NCBI GenBank assembly: GCA_035466675.1
Contig: DATIUR010000305.1
Location: 1-37,544 of the forward strand
Source: Anaeromyxobacteraceae bacterium
GTDB taxonomy: Bacteria; Myxococcota; Myxococcia; Myxococcales; Anaeromyxobacteraceae
DNA: 37,544 nucleotides
Direction of reading: 5' to 3'
Positions 29,888 through 37,544 of this stretch are shown here, piece after piece (position 1 is the first letter of the stretch; every line of letters begins with the position of its first letter). The notes beneath the pieces were generated by a model, which saw nothing but the letters and a program-made list of their open reading frames with translations, searched no databases and had not been told where the DNA came from. The position numbers were made by a program, and so were the translations under genes.

Positions 29888-31837
29888 GTGTCGAAGCAAC
29901 GCGCGCGCAGCGAGAGGCGCCGGCCGGCGCGGAGCCGGACGGCGGGAGCCGTTCCGCCGCGCCGGCGATCGGCCGAGGCCGCCGAGGCGTTCCTCTGGGC
30001 GCCGGTGGCGACCGCGCTCCTCGTCGACGGCGTGGTGGCGGAAGCGAACGACGCCTTCGCCCGCGCCCTCGGCCTCTCGCGGGCCCGCCTGGCCGGCAGG
30101 CGCCTCGAGCAGATCCTGCCGCCCGACCAGGGCGAGTTGCCCACCCCCCGGGCCGGGGCGGTCCGCAGCTACCGCACCCACCTCGACGGCGTGCCGGCCC
30201 GCGTCGATCTCTGCGCCCCGCCGGCGCCCCGGGGCGGCCGGCACCTCGTCTCCGCCGTCCTCGTCCCGCAGCTCGCCGACGCCGACACCGCCGCCAGCCG
30301 CGCCCTCCTGGCGCTCTCCCGCGGGCTCGCCGAGGCCCGCACCGAGAAGGAGCTGGTCAAGGCGCTGGCGGGCGCGCTGGAGGTGCTCTTTCCGGGCCGC
30401 TGCTTCTGCATCCGCCTGGTCGATCCGAGCACGCTTGCGGCCACGGCGCTCCACGCGCGCGGGCGGCTCCGCCCGCAGGCCGGCGTGCGCCTCTCCCTGC
30501 GCACCGCCGCGGCCAGGCGCACGGGGCTCTCGGAGGCCGCCCTGGCCGAGGCCGGGATCCGGCTGACCGAGCGGGACGAGCCGCTCTTCGAGGGATGCGA
30601 GTCGGCCACGGCGGTGCCCCTGGCCGTGGGCGGCGCGCTCTTCGGCATCCTCGACCTGGAATACGAGCCGGGGGCACCCGGCGACCCGGAGGGCGACGCC
30701 CCGCTGCTCTACCAGCTGGCGAACCACGCCGCCCTGGGCATCCGAAACCTCCGCTCGCTCGAGGACGCCAACTACCTCAAGTCCTACCTGGAGGACCTGA
30801 TCGAGCACGCCAACGCCCTCATCCTGGTGGTGAACCGCCACCGCGAGCTGATCGTGTGGAACGCCGCCCTGGTGAAGCTGACCGGGTTCTCGCGCGAGGA
30901 CGTGGTGGGCGACGACGTGCTCGACCTGGTGCCGGCGGAGGAGCGGGCCCGCTTCGAGGCGGTCCTGCTCGATGGCTTCGACGAGGGGGGGCGGGGGGAC
31001 GGCGTCGAGCTGCGCCTGAAGCGGCGGAGCGGCGGCGAGGTCCGGGTGGCCGTGAACACCGCCCCCATCCACGGCGCCTCGGGGGCGACCGAGGGCGTGA
31101 TCGCCATCGGGCAGGACCTGACCCGGATCCGTTCCCTCGAGGCGGCGGCCGAGCACGCCGAGCGGCTCGCCGGCATCGGGCGGCTGGCGGCGGGGGTGGT
31201 CCACGAGCTCAACAACCCGCTCACCGCGGTGACGATGTACTCCGACGCCCTCCTCGAGAAGCTCACCTTCGCCGGGCACGAGCCCGCGGATCTCGACAAG
31301 CTGCGCGCCATCAAGGAGTCGGCGCTGCGCATCCAGCGGCTGGCCCGGGACCTCACCTCCTACGCCCGGCCCACCGGAGCGAGGACCGAGCCCTGCTCGC
31401 TGCCGGAGGTCATCGAGGAGGCGGAACGCATGGCGAAGCCCGCCCTGAAGGAGGGGAACGCCTCGGTGCGCCACCGCTTCGAGGAGGTGCCGGAGGTGGA
31501 CGCGAACCGGGCCAGCCTGGTCCAGGTCTTCGTGAACCTCGTGACCAACGCGGCCCAGGCCATGAAGGAGGGGGGCGGCACCATCGACATCTTCGTGGCG
31601 AGCGACGGCGAACGGGTCCGCGCGGTGGTGGCCGACGACGGCACCGGGATGCCTCCCGAGGTGGAGAGGCGCCTGTTCGAGCCCTTCTTCACCACGCGCA
31701 CCGGCCGCGGGATCGGCCTCGGGCTCCCCATCGTGCAGGGCATCCTCCGGCGCCACGGGGGAGCCATCGCGGTGGCCACCGCGCCCGACCGGGGCACCAC
31801 CGTCACCGTGACCCTTCCGTTGAGCCGGGCGCGGTGA
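29888..31837 (+). CDS. Cytoplasmic PAS-GAF-PAS sensor histidine kinase
   Basis: Start GTG at 29888 (alternative 29858). Degenerate PAS, GAF (AVPLAVGGALFGILDL...LANHAALGIRN), PAS (LIVWNAALVKLTGFSREDVVG), H-box VVHELNNPL and HATPase. Confidence 0.88.
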   Translation: MSKQRARSERRRPARSRTAGAVPPRRRSAEAAEAFLWAPVATALLVDGVVAEANDAFARALGLSRARLAGRRLEQILPPDQGELPTPRAGAVRSYRTHLDGVPARVDLCAPPAPRGGRHLVSAVLVPQLADADTAASRALLALSRGLAEARTEKELVKALAGALEVLFPGRCFCIRLVDPSTLAATALHARGRLRPQAGVRLSLRTAAARRTGLSEAALAEAGIRLTERDEPLFEGCESATAVPLAVGGALFGILDLEYEPGAPGDPEGDAPLLYQLANHAALGIRNLRSLEDANYLKSYLEDLIEHANALILVVNRHRELIVWNAALVKLTGFSREDVVGDDVLDLVPAEERARFEAVLLDGFDEGGRGDGVELRLKRRSGGEVRVAVNTAPIHGASGATEGVIAIGQDLTRIRSLEAAAEHAERLAGIGRLAAGVVHELNNPLTAVTMYSDALLEKLTFAGHEPADLDKLRAIKESALRIQRLARDLTSYARPTGARTEPCSLPEVIEEAERMAKPALKEGNASVRHRFEEVPEVDANRASLVQVFVNLVTNAAQAMKEGGGTIDIFVASDGERVRAVVADDGTGMPPEVERRLFEPFFTTRTGRGIGLGLPIVQGILRRHGGAIAVATAPDRGTTVTVTLPLSRAR

Positions 31838-31840
31838 GCG

Positions 31841-33496
31841 TCAGGCCGGCAGGCGCAGCACGCCGTACCGCTCGAAGGCGGGCAGGACCGTGGAGATCGA
31901 GTAGCCCGACGGGTTCATGGGGATCCGGACGTCGCTGCCGTCGGACGCCTGGAACCGCGCCCGGCGCACGCCGCCCGCCACGTCGACGCCCAGGAACAGG
32001 GTGGTGCCCTGGGCGCGCTCGCCGCCCAGGGGGACGAGGTGCACGTCGAGCACGTCGCCCGACCGGTACAGCACCACCAGCATCCGGGCGCGGCCGACCA
32101 CCCCCGCGGCGCGGCGCCCCCTGCCGAGGAGCGCTCCCAGCGCCTTCTCGAGGAGCTCCGGCTCGGGGGGCCCGCCGCCCGCATCCGGGGCGAGCGGCGG
32201 GAGCGCGGCCAGCATTCCGGATCCGACGCGCGCGCCGCCGGGCTTCCCGGCCGGCAGGAACGCCCCGGACGGACGGCCCGCCTCGTCGACCGCGCCGGGC
32301 TCGCCGAAGGCGAGCACCAGGCCGCCGGCCTCGAGGCGCCTCCGGATCTCGTCGGCCTCCCGGGGAGAGAGCGCCTGCGCGTCGGCGAGCACCAGCGTCG
32401 CGGCCGGCTCCGCGTCGGCGACGCGCAGCACCACCGGCGCCTGCACGTGGCGGGCGGCCAGGGCCTCCCCGGCGAGCTCCACCGCGCGCCGGTGGCGCCC
32501 GCCGCTCCACCGGTCGGACTCGGCGGAGTAGAACACGGCGCACTCGGCCACCGGGGTCTGCAGGGCGGGCGAGCGTCCCCGCGAGGCGAGGTGCCGGAAG
32601 AGGCGGCGAACGCCGGCGAGCCCTCCGGCGCCCGCGGGCTCGAGGCCGGCCAGGCCGATCCCCGCCGCGGCCGCGGTGCCGGCCAGATCGGGGCCGGCGG
32701 GAGCGCCCGCCGAAAGGGACATCGCGCCGGGCCTGCGCCCGAGCGCGGCGCGCAGCAGCCGGGCCAGCCCGATGCCCGTCGCACCGGGGGCGAGCGAGGC
32801 AGGGAAGGCCGCCGCGTCGAGGTGCCGGCAGGAGACGAGCTGCGCCGGCCCGAGCGCCTCGAAGCGGGCGGCGATCTCGAACGGTCGCCCGGCCGCGCGA
32901 GCGGCGTCCCGGGCGGTGCGCGCGTAGGCGGCCACCGCCCGCCACAGCTGGGCCTCGCGCAGCCGGACGAAGTCCCGGCCGAAGGGGAGCTGACCGAAGC
33001 CGACCGCCCCGGGCGACTGCGCCAGCGCCTCCCGGGCGAGGGAGAGGTAGTCGATAGGCTGGAAGTGGTCGCCGTACTCGCGGGCCAGCTGCCGCGCCAG
33101 GTCGCGCTGGCACTCGGCGCAGAACCCGGCCCCGAGCAGGCCGAGCGCGAGGGGAGCGTCGGGCCGGTCCAGCTCCACCCCGGAGAAGCCCGCGGCCAGG
33201 GTCCCCTGGATCGCCGTGGCCACGCGGGAACGGTGGCGCGCGGAGACGAGGCAGGCGCGGGGGACGCCCCCCAGGCCCGCCGGCGTGCCGTCGGCGGCCC
33301 GGCAGGCCTCCTCGGGGTCGCCGGCGCGGCCCGCCGGCACCTCGGCCAGCGCGCGCTCGAGCACCGCGGAGGGCAGCGGGAGGTCCGGAGCAGCCACCAG
33401 CGGGCCCGCCCCGAGAAGCTCGGCGGCGCGCGCCGCCTCCTCCGGGAGCGCGCCCGGGGCGAGACGGTAGGGAGTGAACGCGGCGTCCAGCGGCAT
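31841..33496 (-). CDS. Hypothetical protein, degenerate glycoside-hydrolase-like barrel plus beta-galactosidase-trimerisation-like domain
   Basis: ATG at 33496 is supported by a good promoter. RACL...GFSGVELD...GFCAECQR...DFVRLR resembles GH42/GHL-type barrels. CAVFYS...ALAARHV...LVLADAQALS...RLEAGGLVLAFG...DEAG resembles the GATase-like trimerisation domain. Confidence 0.6.
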   Translation of the reverse strand: MPLDAAFTPYRLAPGALPEEAARAAELLGAGPLVAAPDLPLPSAVLERALAEVPAGRAGDPEEACRAADGTPAGLGGVPRACLVSARHRSRVATAIQGTLAAGFSGVELDRPDAPLALGLLGAGFCAECQRDLARQLAREYGDHFQPIDYLSLAREALAQSPGAVGFGQLPFGRDFVRLREAQLWRAVAAYARTARDAARAAGRPFEIAARFEALGPAQLVSCRHLDAAAFPASLAPGATGIGLARLLRAALGRRPGAMSLSAGAPAGPDLAGTAAAAGIGLAGLEPAGAGGLAGVRRLFRHLASRGRSPALQTPVAECAVFYSAESDRWSGGRHRRAVELAGEALAARHVQAPVVLRVADAEPAATLVLADAQALSPREADEIRRRLEAGGLVLAFGEPGAVDEAGRPSGAFLPAGKPGGARVGSGMLAALPPLAPDAGGGPPEPELLEKALGALLGRGRRAAGVVGRARMLVVLYRSGDVLDVHLVPLGGERAQGTTLFLGVDVAGGVRRARFQASDGSDVRIPMNPSGYSISTVLPAFERYGVLRLPA

Positions 33497-33510
33497 CGGC
33501 GAGGTGAGGC

Positions 33511-33539
33511 AGGGTACGACGGGCTCCGCCGACCGGCAA
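33511..33539 (-). promoter_or_regulatory. Putative sigma70 promoter for the GH-like gene
   Basis: TTGCCG (33539-33534), 17 nt, TACCCT (33516-33511), 14 nt upstream of the ATG at 33496. Confidence 0.55.
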
Positions 33540-33653
33540 TCGCCGCCCGCCCCTGCGTCCTGGGCAGGCGGGGCCGCTCCCAAGGCGGGAGCGCGGAGAG
33601 CGGACGATGTCGGACGCGCGCCGCCGGGTGCGACAAGGTGTGAATCCAGTAGT

Positions 33654-33683
33654 TTGACGCCCTCGAAAACCCCGTGATAGGGG
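33654..33683 (+). promoter_or_regulatory. Putative promoter for the aglRQS-like operon
   Basis: TTGACG (33654-33659), 18 nt, TG-a-TAGGGA. Strong -35, imperfect -10, in an AT-richer patch. Confidence 0.4.
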
Positions 33684-33743
33684 ATCTTCGGTCGGGCGCG
33701 CGCGACCTCTCGCGCACCGCCCACGTCCGGAGGTCCCGTCGAG

Positions 33744-34421
33744 ATGGGCGACATGTTCGGAACGCTGGCGAAGCACTACACCGAGGGTGGCTGGATGATG
33801 CACCCCATCCTCGTTTCCCTCGTGTTCGTGGTCGGCCTCGTGCTCGACCGCATCTTCGTCCTGTACGGGAAGGCCTCGCTCGACAAGGAGGTCTTCCTGC
33901 GCGGTCTCAAGAAGCACATCTACGCGGGCGACCTCGACAAGGCCATCAGCTACACGGCGCAGCAGAAGAAGACCCCGCTCACCTCCGTCATCAAGGCTGG
34001 CCTCATCAACGTCCCCAAGGGCGAGGCCGACGTGCAGGCGGCCATGGACGAGGCCACCCTGCGCGAGTCGCCCAAGATCGAGCGCCGCACGGGGTACCTG
34101 GCCATGCTCGGCAACGTGGCCACGCTGCTCGGCCTGCTCGGCACGATCGTGGGCCTCATCGGCGCCTTCGGCGCCGTGGCGAACGCGAACCCGGCCGACA
34201 AGGCGACCATCCTGGCCAGCTCCATCTCCGAGGCCATGAACTGCACCGCCTTCGGCCTCCTCACCGCCATCCCCGCCCTGGTGGCCTACTCGGTCCTCCA
34301 GGGCCGGACCCAGCACATGGTGGACGAGATCAACGAGACGGCCGTCGCCGTCCTGAACCTCATCGTGGCGAACAAGGACAAGATGAAGATGCCCGCCACG
34401 ATCGCGGCGGACGAGGACTAG
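33744..34421 (+). CDS. aglR: MotA/TolQ/ExbB proton channel subunit, AglR-like
   Basis: GGWMMHPIL, LAMLGNVATLLGLLGTIVGLIGAF and ISEAMNCTAFGLLTAIP. Followed by two TolR/ExbD genes. Confidence 0.85.
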   Translation: MGDMFGTLAKHYTEGGWMMHPILVSLVFVVGLVLDRIFVLYGKASLDKEVFLRGLKKHIYAGDLDKAISYTAQQKKTPLTSVIKAGLINVPKGEADVQAAMDEATLRESPKIERRTGYLAMLGNVATLLGLLGTIVGLIGAFGAVANANPADKATILASSISEAMNCTAFGLLTAIPALVAYSVLQGRTQHMVDEINETAVAVLNLIVANKDKMKMPATIAADED

Positions 34422-34457
34422 CCGGAAGCGAGATCGCCCGGAGAAAGGAGGTCGGCC

Positions 34458-34952
34458 ATGGGCGGCGGCGGCATGCCCGAAGAGGGCGGCGGAGGAAAAC
34501 GAAAGAAGAAGTCGCTCGACGCGGTCATCAACGTCGTCCCGGCGATCGACCTCCTCTCCTGCTGCATCACCTTCCTGCTCTACACGGCGGTCTGGACCCA
34601 GATCGCCCGGCTCCAGGTCCAGCAGCTGGGCGCCGGAGCGCCCGAGCCGGAGCCCACCGAGCAGCAGAAGACCATGATGGTGACGCTCGCCATGGGAGAG
34701 CGCGGCTTCAACCTGGCCACCTCGAGCGGCACCTCCATCGAGATCCCGGCTCTCGGACGCGGCGGCGACGGGACGATCCAGTTCGACCTGCGGGTGCTCG
34801 GCGAGAAGCTGAAGCAGCTCAAGAACGACCATCCGGATCAGGCCGCCATCACGGTGTCGGCCGAGGACGTGGTTTCCTACGGAGACCTGGTGCAGGTCAT
34901 CGACGCGTGCCTGGCGGCGGGGCTCGTGGCGGTGTCGGTCACCGGGGTCTAG
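34458..34952 (+). CDS. aglQ: ExbD/TolR-family subunit, AglQ-like
   Basis: INVVPAIDLL with conserved TM Asp (D31), FLLYTAVWTQIARLQV, and periplasmic ITVSAEDVVSYGDLVQVID. Resembles myxobacterial AglQ as I recall it. Confidence 0.8.
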   Translation: MGGGGMPEEGGGGKRKKKSLDAVINVVPAIDLLSCCITFLLYTAVWTQIARLQVQQLGAGAPEPEPTEQQKTMMVTLAMGERGFNLATSSGTSIEIPALGRGGDGTIQFDLRVLGEKLKQLKNDHPDQAAITVSAEDVVSYGDLVQVIDACLAAGLVAVSVTGV

Positions 34953-34961
34953 AGCCTCCCC

Positions 34962-35549
34962 ATGCCCATCGTCCCGCCCGGCAAGCGCCCCGCCCCGAGG
35001 TTCCTGCGCTCGAAGGTCTTCGGCGGGAAGATGATGAAGGGCCGCCGGGGCGTGAACGCCGAGCTGAACGTCGTGCCCATGGTGGACATGATGACGATGC
35101 TCGTCATCTTCCTCCTGCAGCAGTTCTCCGCCACCGGCGAGATCATCTTCATGCAGAAGGACATCAAGCTGCCGGAGGCGAGCCACGGGCAGATGATCGA
35201 GATGGCGCCGGTGGTGGCGATCAACGCCACCGAGATCGCCGTGACCGGCCAGAAGGTGGCCGAGATCTCGGATCTGGAGTCGGACGCCGGGTACCTGAAC
35301 ATCCCGGCGCTCGAGGAGCGGCTGCGGGACGAGAAGAAGCGCTGGGACTTCATCCACCAGAACGACCCGAGCCAGAAGTGGGATGGGCTCGTGAACATCC
35401 AGGCGGACAGGAAGGTCTCGTTCCGGATCGTGAAGCGCGTGATGTACTCCTGCGGCGTGGCTGGCTACTTCACCATCAACTTCGCCGCCCTGGACGCCGG
35501 CTCCGGCATGGCCGCCGCGGTGCCGGGCGGCTCGCCCGAGTCGGGCTAG
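34962..35549 (+). CDS. aglS: ExbD/TolR-family subunit, AglS-like
   Basis: Basic N-terminus PGKR...SKVFG, LNVVPMVDMM (TM Asp D42), FSATGEI...KDIKLPEA and NIQADRKVSFRIVKRVMYSC. Confidence 0.8.
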   Translation: MPIVPPGKRPAPRFLRSKVFGGKMMKGRRGVNAELNVVPMVDMMTMLVIFLLQQFSATGEIIFMQKDIKLPEASHGQMIEMAPVVAINATEIAVTGQKVAEISDLESDAGYLNIPALEERLRDEKKRWDFIHQNDPSQKWDGLVNIQADRKVSFRIVKRVMYSCGVAGYFTINFAALDAGSGMAAAVPGGSPESG

Positions 35550-35602
35550 CGCGAGCGTGGCGCGGGCTCGCCGCGCCGGCGGCGTGCGCGGCCGGGCGCC
35601 CC

Positions 35603-35631
35603 TTGCCAACGGCCCGACCGCTCCGTAGTAT
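35603..35631 (+). promoter_or_regulatory. Putative sigma70 promoter for hppA
   Basis: TTGCCA (35603-35608), 17 nt, TAGTAT (35626-35631). Confidence 0.65.
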
Positions 35632-35724
35632 GCGTCGCTTTCCGCCGGGGTCGGCGGCGGAGCGATTGCTCGCAAGTGGCCGATCCGTCACGGATTTCTC
35701 GAATCCCGGAGGGGTGTCCGCCCC

Positions 35725-37544
<1,820 letters not shown>

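Noticed and set aside
33546-33593. GC hairpins between the GH-like gene and aglR (e.g. CGCTCCC-aaggc-GGGAGCG)
   Set aside because: Seven-bp GC stems without a U-tract, between divergent promoters. Expected by chance at this GC content, and not repeated elsewhere in the window.
35559-35577. Hairpin GGCGCGG-gctcg-CCGCGCC after aglS as an intrinsic terminator
   Set aside because: No U-tract follows, so it cannot be supported as a terminator from sequence alone.

Overview
Very GC-rich, gene-dense core chromosome of a myxobacterium. Gene content and order look Anaeromyxobacter-like (inferred, not from a search). Minus strand at the left: mfd, a bPH_2-type small membrane protein, three tandem SurA/PrsA-like parvulin foldases and pdxA (partial). 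Then a plus-strand run: TPR lipoprotein, hrcA, grpE, dnaK, dnaJ, LpoA-like lipoprotein, hypothetical protein, DinG/YoaA Fe-S helicase. Next come an orphan PAS histidine kinase (minus), an MglA/SofG-like small GTPase coupled to a PocR-domain histidine kinase, thiL, a Dif-type chemosensory cluster (MCP, CheW, CheY, CheA, CheC; no CheR/CheB), larB-larC and a PAS-GAF-PAS kinase. At the right: a degenerate glycoside-hydrolase-like protein (minus), an AglRQS-like TolQ/TolR/TolR motor operon and a divergent-clade membrane pyrophosphatase (partial). I saw no RNA genes, CRISPR arrays or mobile elements. Most long ORFs in the supplied track are GC-driven shadow frames. pdxA and hppA are missing from the track because they run off the window edges. 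No wholly new system is proven. The best leads are the GTPase-PocR kinase module, the Dif-larBC-kinase linkage with a His-tract-less LarC, and the GH-like protein divergent from aglRQS.
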